NCBI GenBank assembly: GCA_038238245.1 | Contig: JBBRXX010000002.1 | Coordinates: 88,907 to 152,906, forward strand | Length of the DNA stretch: 64,000 nt | Direction: 5' to 3' | Source of the DNA: Acidimicrobiia bacterium | GTDB lineage: Bacteria > Actinomycetota > Acidimicrobiia > IMCC26256 > PALSA-610 | In this document: positions 1 through 10,757 of the stretch, piece after piece | Numbering within the stretch: position 1 is the first letter of the stretch | Layout: each line of letters opens with the position of its first letter | Translations under genes and position numbers: made by a program | The notes under the pieces: generated by a model | The model's database searches: none | What the model was told of the DNA's origin: nothing | Seen by the model: the letters and a program-made list of their open reading frames with translations, nothing else

Positions 1-1
1 G

Positions 2-934
2 CAATACGGACTCGTCACGCGGATGCAGGCACGCGCGGCGGGACTCTCGTACGCCACGCTGCGCCGGAGGATTGCAAAGGGTGCGCTTCTCGAACTGCAT
101 CCCGGAGTCTTCGCCGACCCGGCGGTCGACCCGTCGTTCGAACAGCGCGCGCTCGCGGCGGTGCTCGCCGCGGGTGAACCTTCCTTTGCGTCTCACGAGA
201 CTGCCGCGCAGCTGTGGCGCCTGCCTCTGCCCAGACCGGCCGCGATCGAGATCACGACAACGTTGGAGCGTTCACCACAGATCGCAGGTGCCCGTCGCCA
301 CCGCAGCGGGCTTCTCATCGACACCGATGTCACCGTCGTCCGTCGGATACCGCGCGGAACGCCGGAACGGACGATCCTCGATCTTTCTTCGCGGTTGACG
401 ATGCGTGAGCTCGGTCGACTGACCGATGACGCGCTCCATCGTCACATCACATCGCTCGGGCGAATCCAAGCATCTGCGATGCGGCTTCCCGCGGCGCCCG
501 GCCGCAGCCCGAAGAAGCTCTTCGAGATGCTCGCGCGCCGGCTCCCGGACGCCGGACAGCGCGAGAGCAGGCTCGAGGACTTCGTGTTCGAGGCGCTGCA
601 TCGCCACGGGCTGGTATTGCCGGTGTGCCAGCACGTCGTGTGGTACCGCGCCAAGGAGCGACGCATCGACTGTTGCTATCCCGACGCCTGGCTCGCGCTC
701 GAGGCGCAGGGTTTTGATGCGCACGGCCGCCGAGGACAGTTCGATGCGGATGCCCTGCGGGGCAACGAGCTCCAGCTCGCAGGCTTTCGTGTCCTGGAGT
801 TCACGTCGGCGTTCACCGATCGACAAATCGCCGAACAGGTCGCGGCGGCGCTCGGCCTCCCGCAGCCGCCGGTCGTCGGCGCTCCGCTGACTTTCGCGGC
901 ATGGCTCGACCGTTTGGAGCGTTGGTGCGCGTAA
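2..934 (+). CDS. DUF559 / AbiEi-like wHTH domain protein, 5' end upstream of window
   Basis: The frame of ORF 23..934 stays open back to nt 2 (QYGLVTR-MQARAAGLSYATLRRR), so the usual N-terminal 'G.VTR.QL...G.S' helix-turn-helix starts before the window. The C-terminal 'RIDCCYPDAWLALEAQGFDAHG...NELQLAGFRVLEFT' resembles the DUF559 endonuclease-like domain. Confidence 0.7.
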   Translation, partial: QYGLVTRMQARAAGLSYATLRRRIAKGALLELHPGVFADPAVDPSFEQRALAAVLAAGEPSFASHETAAQLWRLPLPRPAAIEITTTLERSPQIAGARRHRSGLLIDTDVTVVRRIPRGTPERTILDLSSRLTMRELGRLTDDALHRHITSLGRIQASAMRLPAAPGRSPKKLFEMLARRLPDAGQRESRLEDFVFEALHRHGLVLPVCQHVVWYRAKERRIDCCYPDAWLALEAQGFDAHGRRGQFDADALRGNELQLAGFRVLEFTSAFTDRQIAEQVAAALGLPQPPVVGAPLTFAAWLDRLERWCA

Positions 935-967
935 CCGGTCATTGACCGACCAAACGGGGTCGGTACG

Positions 968-3900
968 ATGGCAAACAGGGAGAGCCCGGGGTGCGATGCA
1001 TTCCCGGGTGTTGACGCGCGTTCGGGACTGATGACTCCACCGCTTGCCGATCTGGCCATGTTGCTCGCCGACGATCCGGTCATCGCGACCGCGACCGAGG
1101 GCCGGGCGCGCCCGATCGCCGTGCCCGAGCCGGCCCGGGCGCTGTTCGCGGCGACGCTGGCCCGCGCCACCGCGCGCCGGCCGGTCGTGCTCGCGGTCCC
1201 GACGGGCGTCGAGGCGGAGCGGGTCGCGGCGGACCTGCGCGAATACCTCGGCGACGACGCGGTAGAGCTGTTCCCGGCGTGGGAAACGCTCCCGTTCGAG
1301 CGGGTGTCGCCTGCCACCGAGACGATGGGCCGTCGTCTCCGCGTGATGTGGCGGCTGCGCGCCGGCGGCGAGCACCTCCCGCTTGCGATCGTCGCGCCGG
1401 TGCGCGCGCTCGTGCAGCGCCTGGGGCCGCACGTCGAGGACGTCGAGCCGATCACGGTCGCGCCGGGCATGCAGCTCGACCGCGACGAGCTCGTTGCCCG
1501 GCTCGTCGACCTCGGCTATCGCCGTGAGTATCAGGTCGAAGCCCGCGGCGAGGTGGCGACGCGAGGTTCGATCGTCGACGTCTATCCGGCGACCGCCGAT
1601 CATCCGGTGCGCATCGACCTGTGGGGCGATGAGGTCGATCGCCTCTCGCAGTTCTCCGTCGCCGACCAACGTTCGACGAGCGCCGTCGGCGAGACGCAGA
1701 TGTTCCCCGTGCGCGAGCTCCTGCCGACCGACGAAGTGCGGGCCCGCGCCAAGGAGCTCCTGCAGACGCAACCCTGGGGTCGCGAGCAGTGGGAACGGCT
1801 CGCGGAAGGGGCGACGTTCGACGGTATGGAGTCGTGGCTGCCGTGGCTCACCGCCGAGGAGCACCTCCTGCCGGATCTGTTGCCGCCGTCGGCGCTCGTC
1901 GCCCTCGTCGAGCCGCGGCGGCTCAGGGATCGCGCACAAGAGTTGCTCGACGAGGAAGCCGCGCTCGCGCAAACCCTCGCCACCACTTGGGGGGCGCCGA
2001 TCGACAACGCGCACACCCCGCGCCTCTCGCTTCCCTTCGACCGGCTGCTCGCGCACACCAAGGCGCAGACGGTCGCGGTGCTCGCGGCACCGGATCAACC
2101 CGACACGCCGGTGCTCGCGGCGAGCGGTTTCGATCCCGTCGTCGGTGATGTCGAGGGCCTGGCGCGCCGCTTCAACGCGCTGAAGGCGGAGGGTTACCGC
2201 GTCATCGTCACGGCCGAGGGAACCGGGTCCAAGGCGCGAATCGAGGAGATGCTCGTCGCCGAGGGCGCGCCGGTCGACGTCGTCGTTGCCGCGCTCGACC
2301 GGGGTGTCGTCCTTCCCACGGTCAAGTTGGCACTCGTCGCCGAAGCCGATCTCACCGGACGACGGCGCGTGCATCGCAAGCCCCGGGGAGCGCGTCGAGC
2401 CACCGATCACTACGAAGGTCTCACGAGCGACGACTACGTCGTGCACCGCGTGCACGGCGTCGGCAAGTACCTCGGCATGGAGACGCGCGAGATGTTCGGC
2501 GTCACGCGCGACCGGCTCGTCGTCGAGTTCAAGGGAGGCGACCGCGTATACGTCGACTCCGAGGACATCGGCCTCATCCGCAAGTACACCGGCGGCGAGG
2601 AACCGAAGCTGTCGAAGATGGGCGGCAGCGACTGGGAGAAGACGCGTGCCCGCGTGCGCAAAGCGGTGCGCGACATCGCGGGTCAGCTCGTCGTGCTCTA
2701 CCGGCGCCGGCTCGCGACGCCCGGCCACGCGTTCGCGCCCGACGGGCCGTTCCAGAAGCAGATCGAGGACGCCTTCCCGTACGAGGAGACGCCCGACCAG
2801 GCGACGGCGATCGTCGAGACCAAGGCCGACATGGAGCGCCCGGTGCCGATGGACCGCCTGATCTGCGGTGACGTCGGCTACGGCAAGACCGAAGTCGCGC
2901 TGCGCGCCGCGGCCAAGGCCGTGTTCGACGGCAAGCAGGTTGCGATCCTCGTCCCGACGACACTGCTCGCGAGTCAACATGGGCAGACGTTCCGCGAGCG
3001 GTTCGCGAACTATCCCGTGCGCGTCGAAGTGCTCAGCCGGTTCCTCTCGGCAAAGGAGCAGCACGACGTCGTCAAGGGCGTGGCCGAGGGTACGGTCGAC
3101 ATCGTCATCGCGACACATCGGTTGCTCTCGCAGGACATCACCTTCAAGGACATCGGATTGCTCGTCGTGGACGAGGAGCAACGCTTCGGTGTGCAGCACA
3201 AGGAGCGCATCAAGGAGTGGCGCACGAACGTCGACGTGCTGACGCTCACCGCCACACCGATCCCGCGCACGCTCGAGATGTCGCTCACCGGCATCCGTGA
3301 CCTCTCGCTGGTCAACACGCCGCCCGAGGACCGCCAGCCGATCCTCACCTATGTCAACGAGTTCGACCAGCGCGCGGTCAGCGAGGCGATCCGGCGCGAG
3401 CTGCTCCGTGAGGGGCAGGTGCTGTTCGTGCACAACCGAGTGCGCGACATCGCCCACATCGCTGAGGACGTCCGGCAACTCGTCCCGGAAGCGCGTGTGG
3501 CGATCGCGCACGGACAGATGGACGAAGGCCGGCTCGAACGCATCGTGCAGGAGTTCTGGGAGCGCGAGCACGACGTGCTGGTGTGCACGACGATCGTCGA
3601 GAGCGGTCTCGACATGCCGACGGTCAACACGCTCGTCGTCGACCGGGCGGACATGCTCGGCCTCGCCCAGCTGTATCAGCTCCGCGGCCGCGTCGGTAGG
3701 CGCGGTCAGCGGGCGTACGCGTACCTCCTCTACCCGCCCGATCGGGCGTTGACCGAGGAGGCGTACGAGCGGCTCAAGACGATCGGCGAGTTCACGGATC
3801 TGGGGTCGGGATTCAAGATCGCGATGCGCGACCTCGAGATTCGTGGCGCGGGCAACCTGCTCGGCGCCGAGCAGACCGGGCACATCGCCGCGGTCGGCTT

Positions 3901-4432
3901 CGACCTCTACGTCGAGATGGTGACCGAAGCCGTCGGCGAGCTCACCGGCGAAGTCCGCGCGGAACCGGTGGAGGTGCAGATCGACGTGCCGGTCACCGCG
4001 CATCTGCCCCGCGAGTACATCGCACGCGACGACGTGCGCATGGAGGCGTACCGGCGACTCGCGGCGGTCACCACGCTGGAAGACGTCGACGACGTCCGCG
4101 CCGAATGGGAGGACCGCTACGGGCCGCCGCCGGAACCCGCGGAGGCATTGCTCGACGTCGCGAGACTGCGCGCCACCAGTCTCCGGCTCGGCGTGCGTGC
4201 GATCTCCGTCCAGAAGGGCCACGCCCGTCTCGACGGTTTGCAGTTGCGCAAGTCGCAAGAGGCGCGACTCAAGCGACTCGTGGCGCGCGCACAGATCCTC
4301 CCCGGTGCGGTCGTCGTGCCCGTCCAACCATCCCGTGAGCTCACGATCACACAGGCCTTACTCAGGCTGCTCGACGAGATCGCGCCCCCGGCGGATGCTC
4401 CGGCCGGGGCGCAGATACCATCCGCCGGATGA
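968..4432 (+). CDS. mfd: transcription-repair coupling factor Mfd
   Basis: 1154-aa ORF with a CarD/TRCF RNAP-interaction region 'VVHRVHGVGKYLGME'. SF2 helicase motifs are 'GDVGYGKTEVALRAA' (Walker A) and 'VVDEEQRFGV' (DEEQ box), followed by a C-terminal TRCF domain. The start is either ATG 968 or in-frame ATG 1031. Confidence 0.95.
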   Translation: MANRESPGCDAFPGVDARSGLMTPPLADLAMLLADDPVIATATEGRARPIAVPEPARALFAATLARATARRPVVLAVPTGVEAERVAADLREYLGDDAVELFPAWETLPFERVSPATETMGRRLRVMWRLRAGGEHLPLAIVAPVRALVQRLGPHVEDVEPITVAPGMQLDRDELVARLVDLGYRREYQVEARGEVATRGSIVDVYPATADHPVRIDLWGDEVDRLSQFSVADQRSTSAVGETQMFPVRELLPTDEVRARAKELLQTQPWGREQWERLAEGATFDGMESWLPWLTAEEHLLPDLLPPSALVALVEPRRLRDRAQELLDEEAALAQTLATTWGAPIDNAHTPRLSLPFDRLLAHTKAQTVAVLAAPDQPDTPVLAASGFDPVVGDVEGLARRFNALKAEGYRVIVTAEGTGSKARIEEMLVAEGAPVDVVVAALDRGVVLPTVKLALVAEADLTGRRRVHRKPRGARRATDHYEGLTSDDYVVHRVHGVGKYLGMETREMFGVTRDRLVVEFKGGDRVYVDSEDIGLIRKYTGGEEPKLSKMGGSDWEKTRARVRKAVRDIAGQLVVLYRRRLATPGHAFAPDGPFQKQIEDAFPYEETPDQATAIVETKADMERPVPMDRLICGDVGYGKTEVALRAAAKAVFDGKQVAILVPTTLLASQHGQTFRERFANYPVRVEVLSRFLSAKEQHDVVKGVAEGTVDIVIATHRLLSQDITFKDIGLLVVDEEQRFGVQHKERIKEWRTNVDVLTLTATPIPRTLEMSLTGIRDLSLVNTPPEDRQPILTYVNEFDQRAVSEAIRRELLREGQVLFVHNRVRDIAHIAEDVRQLVPEARVAIAHGQMDEGRLERIVQEFWEREHDVLVCTTIVESGLDMPTVNTLVVDRADMLGLAQLYQLRGRVGRRGQRAYAYLLYPPDRALTEEAYERLKTIGEFTDLGSGFKIAMRDLEIRGAGNLLGAEQTGHIAAVGFDLYVEMVTEAVGELTGEVRAEPVEVQIDVPVTAHLPREYIARDDVRMEAYRRLAAVTTLEDVDDVRAEWEDRYGPPPEPAEALLDVARLRATSLRLGVRAISVQKGHARLDGLQLRKSQEARLKRLVARAQILPGAVVVPVQPSRELTITQALLRLLDEIAPPADAPAGAQIPSAG

Positions 4433-5415
4433 TCTTGCGTCCATCTCGTCGGCTCGCGGCCGTCGCCGTGCTCGCCGCGGTCGGCGTCGGCGTGAGCGGC
4501 TGCGGCGGCACCAGCTCGCTCTCCGACGCCGCGACGGTCAGCTTCCACGACACTCGCGGCGACGAAACGGTGCACATCACGCGCGACCGCCTGCTCGAGC
4601 GGGTCGAGCAGGCGAACACGAGCGCGCTGTTCCGGGATCTCGCCAAGGCGAACGGTCTCGCGCCCGGCAACCCCGGCGACGAGACCACCGACGCCAACCT
4701 CACCGCGTTCTGGCTCTCACAGCTGGTCAACCAGACCGTGATCGACGCCGAGTTCGCGAGCCAGGGGCTCCAGATCACCGACGCGGACCGGACCGCGGCA
4801 CTCCAATCCGCGCAGTCAGGATTCGCGCGCCAGCAGGGCGACACAGCGGTGTTCGACGCGTTCCCGAAGGAGATGCGCGATGAGCTCGTCGAGGCGCGTG
4901 CCCGCCTCGCCGCGATCTTGCGGTCGTGCGCGTCCGGAAGGTTGGTGGAGCACATCCTGCTGCGCACCCGCGCCCAAGCCGAGGCCGCAGCGTTGCAGAT
5001 CCGAAAGGGAGCGCCGTTCGCCGATGTCGCGCAAGCCAAATCCATCGACAAGGCTTCCGCGGCGCAAGGTGGCGTGCTCGGGTGTCTCGCGCCGGGCGAG
5101 TTCGCACCGGAATTCCAGAAGGCCGCCGAGGCGGCTCCGTTCGACACGGTGACCGCTCCCGTGAAGACGCAGTTCGGCTACCACCTGATCCTCGTGCGCC
5201 ACTTCGATCCGAAGCTTGCCGCGAACCAACAGGTCGCGCAGGCACTGCAACAGGCTGCCGCGGCCGCCCTCGACGCGCGGATAAAGGCGTTGCACGTCAA
5301 GATCGATCCGCGGTTCGGGTCGTGGGGACTGCACGACGCGGGGCAGGGCCAACAGTCCTACAGCGTCGAGGCCCCGACCGCGCCGACGCCGCGCACCGTA
5401 CGCGAGAAGGGGTGA
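4429..5415 (+). CDS. lipoprotein peptidyl-prolyl isomerase (SurA/PrsA-like, parvulin type)
   Basis: The ATG overlaps the mfd stop (ATGA). It has a signal peptide with lipobox 'GVSGC' and a C-terminal parvulin signature 'GEFAPEFQKAA...TQFGYHLILV'. Confidence 0.85.
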   Translation: MILRPSRRLAAVAVLAAVGVGVSGCGGTSSLSDAATVSFHDTRGDETVHITRDRLLERVEQANTSALFRDLAKANGLAPGNPGDETTDANLTAFWLSQLVNQTVIDAEFASQGLQITDADRTAALQSAQSGFARQQGDTAVFDAFPKEMRDELVEARARLAAILRSCASGRLVEHILLRTRAQAEAAALQIRKGAPFADVAQAKSIDKASAAQGGVLGCLAPGEFAPEFQKAAEAAPFDTVTAPVKTQFGYHLILVRHFDPKLAANQQVAQALQQAAAAALDARIKALHVKIDPRFGSWGLHDAGQGQQSYSVEAPTAPTPRTVREKG

Positions 5416-6857
5416 CCCGGGGGCGCGTGGTCGTGGTCGGGCTCGGTCCGGCCGGCACCGAGCTGATGCTTCCCGCCGCGCGCGAGGCGCTGGCGCGCAT
5501 CGCCGTGCGGTACGTGCGGACGTCACGGCACCCCGCGGTGGCACAGCTCGCAGCCGAGGGCGTGGAGCTCTCTCCGCTCGACATGCTCTACGACTCCGGT
5601 GACGACCTCGACGCGGTGTACGCCGCGATCGCGGCACGGGTCGTCGAAGAGGCGCACGAGCACGGCGAGGTCGCGTACGCAGTGCCCGGGAGCCCGTCGG
5701 TTGCCGAACGGACCGTGGAGTTGCTCCGTGTCGCCGGCATCGACGTCGACATCGTGCCGGGGCTCTCGTTCGCCGACCTCGCGTGGAACCGCCTCGGCAT
5801 CGATCCGATGGCGGGCGTGCGTGTGGTCGACGCTCGCGCGTTCGCCGTCGACGCGGCCGGCTTCTCGGGGCGCATGCTGCTCGCGCAGTGCGACACCACG
5901 TTCGTGTGCTCCGAGGTGAAGCTCGCGCTCCTCGAGGACTTGCCGCCCGATCACGACGTGACGGTGCTCCAGGGTCTGGGACTTCCCGACGAGCGCGTGT
6001 TCACCGTCGCGTTGGCGGAGCTCGACCGCACGGTGGAGCCCGATCACCTCACCTCGCTGTTCGTCGACACCGGCGAGGTCGCGGTCGGCGCCGAGCTCTC
6101 CCGGTTGGTCGCGCTCACGCAGCGCCTGCGCGGCCCGGGCGGATGTCCCTGGGACGCGGCACAGACGCATCACTCTCTGCGGCGCCACGTCCTCGAGGAG
6201 GCCTACGAGGTCGCGGAGGCGATCGAGCAGCTGCCGGCCGACGCACCGGCGGGAGACGTGCCGCCCGGTGCCTACGACGCGCTGGAAGACGAGCTCGGTG
6301 ACCTGCTGTTCCAGGTGATGATCCATTCGGTGCTCGCGGCCGAGGCGGGCGCCTTCACCATTGCCGATGTCGCGCGACACATCCACGAGAAGCTCGTACA
6401 CCGGCATCCGCACGTGTTCGGCGACGTGCGCGCACAGACCGCCGACGCCGTGGTGACGAACTGGGAGCACATCAAGAAAGCGGAGAAGGGCCACACGTCG
6501 CTGGTCGAAGGCATCACCTCCGGGCTGCCCTCGTTGCTGTACGCGCAGAAGCTCTTCCGCAAGGCCGCGTCGGTCGGCCTCACGCCCGAGTTCTCGGACG
6601 TCGCGGAGCTCGCCGGCACAGGCGTCGACGACGAGCGCGCATTCGGCGACGCGCTTGCGGCGCTCGCGGCCGCGGGCGCGCGTGCCGGGATCGACGGCGA
6701 ATCCGCGCTGGCGGCCTGGGCGCGCCGCTTCAAGGACCGCTTCGTGCGCATGGAGCAACTGGCGGCGGACGCGGGACACGACCTGTCGCGCGCCGACCGG
6801 CACGTCGTCGAACGCCTGTGGCGGGAGGCGGGCGCCCTCGAGGTCCACGAAGGCTGA
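5412..6857 (+). CDS. mazG: MazG-family nucleoside triphosphate pyrophosphohydrolase with N-terminal tetrapyrrole-methylase-like domain
   Basis: GTG 5412 overlaps the PPIase stop (GTGA). Motifs are 'VVVVGLGPAG', 'EEAYEVAEAIE', 'ELGDLLFQV' and 'HRHPHVFGD'. The first ~160 codons of track ORF 4926..6857 are Arg-rich out-of-frame read-through of the PPIase gene and were discarded. Confidence 0.9.
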   Translation: MTRGRVVVVGLGPAGTELMLPAAREALARIAVRYVRTSRHPAVAQLAAEGVELSPLDMLYDSGDDLDAVYAAIAARVVEEAHEHGEVAYAVPGSPSVAERTVELLRVAGIDVDIVPGLSFADLAWNRLGIDPMAGVRVVDARAFAVDAAGFSGRMLLAQCDTTFVCSEVKLALLEDLPPDHDVTVLQGLGLPDERVFTVALAELDRTVEPDHLTSLFVDTGEVAVGAELSRLVALTQRLRGPGGCPWDAAQTHHSLRRHVLEEAYEVAEAIEQLPADAPAGDVPPGAYDALEDELGDLLFQVMIHSVLAAEAGAFTIADVARHIHEKLVHRHPHVFGDVRAQTADAVVTNWEHIKKAEKGHTSLVEGITSGLPSLLYAQKLFRKAASVGLTPEFSDVAELAGTGVDDERAFGDALAALAAAGARAGIDGESALAAWARRFKDRFVRMEQLAADAGHDLSRADRHVVERLWREAGALEVHEG

Positions 6858-6869
6858 CTGCGCCAGCGT

Positions 6870-6875
6870 CAGAAT
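6870..6875 (+). promoter_or_regulatory. -10-like hexamer CAGAAT, 6 nt upstream of the GTG start of the SPFH gene (leaderless-type arrangement)
   Basis: The sequence reads cgtCAGAATggcaggGTG. The hexamer fits the actinobacterial -10 pattern (A at position 2, T at position 6), and its spacing to the start codon equals the usual -10-to-TSS distance. Confidence 0.4.
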
Positions 6876-6881
6876 GGCAGG

Positions 6882-7661
6882 GTGGTTGCCCTTCTCGTCA
6901 TTCTCATAATCGTCGGGTTCATCGTCGTCTTCTTCGGCCTGACGGGGTTGCGCGTCGTGCAGGAGTACGAACGCGCGGTCATCTTCTATCTCGGCCGTTG
7001 CCAGGGCGCGAAGGGACCCGGTCTCTTCTATGTGCCGCCGCTCATCAGCCGCATCGTGAAGGTCAACCTGCAGACGCAAGCGGTGCCGGTTGCGTCCCAG
7101 CAGGTCATCACCAAGGACAACGTGACGGTCGCGGTCGACGCGGTCGCGTACTTCCGGGTGCGTGATCCGGTCGCGTCGGTGATCAAGATCCAGAACTGGT
7201 ACAACGCCGCGCAGCTGGTCGCGCAGACGTCGTTGCGCTCGATCATCGGCCGGCACGAGCTCGACCAGCTGCTCGGTGAGCGCGACCGGATCAACCTCGA
7301 GTTGAAGGCCGCGCTCGACGAGCAAACCGAAGCGTGGGGCGTCGAGGTGCAGCTGGTGGAGATTCGCGACGTCGGGCTGCCGGAGCAGATGCAACGGGCG
7401 ATGGCACGCCAGGCCGAAGCCGAGCGGGAGCGGCGGGCGAAGATCATCGCCGCCGAGGGTGAGCTGCAGGCGTCCGAGAAGCTCGGCGAGGCGGCGGCCA
7501 CGATGGCCCGCAGCCCCGGCGCCATGCAGCTGCGCACGCTCCAGACGATGGCGGAGATCTCGGCTGAGCGGAACTCGACGATCATCTTCCCGATCCCGGT
7601 CGAGATCCTCGACGTGTTCCGTAGCATCACCGACGGGAACGGGGCCACGCCCGCCCGCTGA
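6882..7661 (+). CDS. SPFH/band-7 (stomatin/slipin-like) membrane protein
   Basis: N-terminal TM helix 'VALLVILIIVGFIVVFFGL', SPFH core 'VQEYERAVIFYLGR...ITKDNVTVAVDAVAYFRV', and coiled coil 'RQAEAERERRAKIIAAEGE'. Confidence 0.9.
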   Translation: MVALLVILIIVGFIVVFFGLTGLRVVQEYERAVIFYLGRCQGAKGPGLFYVPPLISRIVKVNLQTQAVPVASQQVITKDNVTVAVDAVAYFRVRDPVASVIKIQNWYNAAQLVAQTSLRSIIGRHELDQLLGERDRINLELKAALDEQTEAWGVEVQLVEIRDVGLPEQMQRAMARQAEAERERRAKIIAAEGELQASEKLGEAAATMARSPGAMQLRTLQTMAEISAERNSTIIFPIPVEILDVFRSITDGNGATPAR

Positions 7662-9337
<1,676 letters not shown>

Positions 9338-9393
9338 ACTGGGCGACCCATATCGACCGTGCGGATGCGCACCGCAGCGAGGGAGCCCAGATC

Positions 9394-9837
9394 GTGCCGG
9401 CGACCGACGCCGATGTGCAAGACCTCACACAACTGCTCGGCCGGGCCCCGCGCGCTGCGTTCGACGTCGTCGTCCGCGGTGCGCACCGCGAGCCGATCGT
9501 GATCCGCAACGCGCCGCTGCTACACGACGGCACTCCCATGCCGACCCGCTACTGGCTGGTCGACCCCGAGCTGTCGAAGCAGGTCTCGCGATTGGAGTCG
9601 ACGGGCGGCGTACGCGCCGCGGAAGCGGCCGTCGATCCCGAGGAGCTGCGCGCCACGCACGATCGTTACGCACGCGAGCGCGACGCCGTGCTCCCGCGAG
9701 GTCATCTCGGTCCCAGTCCTCACGGCGGCGTGGGCGGTACCCGCCGCGGCGTGAAGTGTCTCCACGCGCACTACGCCCACTTCCTCGCCGGCGGGGACGA
9801 TCCGGTCGGCCGCTGGGTGCAGGAGCACCTGCGGTGA
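9394..9837 (+). CDS. DUF501 domain protein
   Basis: 'PTRYWLVDPEL' and 'GVKCLHAHYAHFLAGGDDPVGRWV' are typical of DUF501. It lies in the conserved actinobacterial position between the ftsB-like gene and ppx. Confidence 0.8.
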   Translation: MPATDADVQDLTQLLGRAPRAAFDVVVRGAHREPIVIRNAPLLHDGTPMPTRYWLVDPELSKQVSRLESTGGVRAAEAAVDPEELRATHDRYARERDAVLPRGHLGPSPHGGVGGTRRGVKCLHAHYAHFLAGGDDPVGRWVQEHLR

Positions 9838-10757
9838 CGCGCGTCGCGAGCGTCGACATCGGCACGAACTCGACGCGTTTGCTCGTGGCCGACGTCGACG
9901 GGACGGGCCGGGACGCCAAGCTCCTCCCGATCGAGCGGCACACTCAGATCACGCGGCTCGGGCAAGGCGTCGACCGCGACCGCACGTTGCACCCCGACGC
10001 GATCGCGCGCACCGTTGACGTGCTGCGCCGATACCGCCGCACCATCGACCAGCTGGCGGTCGAAAAGGTGCGGGCGACCACGACGAGCGCATCGCGCGAC
10101 GCGCAGAACCGCGACGACTTCTTCGGGCCGGCGGAGCAGGTGCTCGGCGTCCGTCCGGAGCTGCTCTCCGGCGAGGACGAGGCCCGGCTCGAATACCTCG
10201 GTGCCACCGCCGGTCTCGCCGAACCGGGCCCGTACCTGGTGGTGGACGTCGGCGGCGGCTCCACGGAGTTCATCGCGGGCGGCGACGAGCCTGAAGGGCT
10301 GTGCTCGATCGACATCGGCTGCGTGCGACTCACCGAGCAGTTCCTGCACGGCGATCCGCCCGAACCCGAGGAGCTGAGCCAGGCCGTCTCGGTCGTCCGC
10401 GATCATCTCGCCGACGTCGACCGTCTGGTGCCGGGCGCGGCACGGGCGAAGACGCTGGTCGGCACCGCCGGCACGGTGTGGACGCTCGCCGCGATCGAGC
10501 TCGGCGTGGATCCGAGCCGGAGCGATCGGATCGACCGGTTCCGCCTCACGCGGACCGCCGCCGAGGAGGTGTTCCGGTTGCTCGCGACCGAGCCGGTCGC
10601 CGCGCGGCGCGAGAACCCGGGGCTCGACCCCGGCCGGGTCGACGTGATCGTCGGCGGGGCGATCGTGGTCGTCGGTGTCATGCGTCACTGGGGCTTCGAC
10701 GAGCTGCTCGTCTCGGAGGCCGACATCCTGGACGGCCTCGCCCGCACCATGGCGTGA
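9834..10757 (+). CDS. ppx: exopolyphosphatase / Ppx-GppA family phosphatase
   Basis: GTG 9834 overlaps the DUF501 stop (GTGA). ASKHA-fold motifs are 'ASVDIGTNSTRLLVADV' and 'VVDVGGGSTEFI'. The upstream part of track ORF 9162..10757 is an out-of-frame shadow. Confidence 0.9.
   Translation: MTRVASVDIGTNSTRLLVADVDGTGRDAKLLPIERHTQITRLGQGVDRDRTLHPDAIARTVDVLRRYRRTIDQLAVEKVRATTTSASRDAQNRDDFFGPAEQVLGVRPELLSGEDEARLEYLGATAGLAEPGPYLVVDVGGGSTEFIAGGDEPEGLCSIDIGCVRLTEQFLHGDPPEPEELSQAVSVVRDHLADVDRLVPGAARAKTLVGTAGTVWTLAAIELGVDPSRSDRIDRFRLTRTAAEEVFRLLATEPVAARRENPGLDPGRVDVIVGGAIVVVGVMRHWGFDELLVSEADILDGLARTMA

Noticed and set aside
272-4327. 1351-aa ORF on the minus strand, the longest in the window
   Set aside because: It lies entirely antisense to mfd, whose helicase and TRCF motifs are unambiguous. 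Its product is Arg/Asp/His/Leu-rich low-complexity sequence with no recognisable motif. Long antisense shadow ORFs are expected at this GC content because stop codons are rare.
5523-7394. 623-aa minus-strand ORF across mazG and the SPFH gene
   Set aside because: It is antisense to two well-supported genes and spans their intergenic gap. Its composition is typical of a GC shadow ORF.
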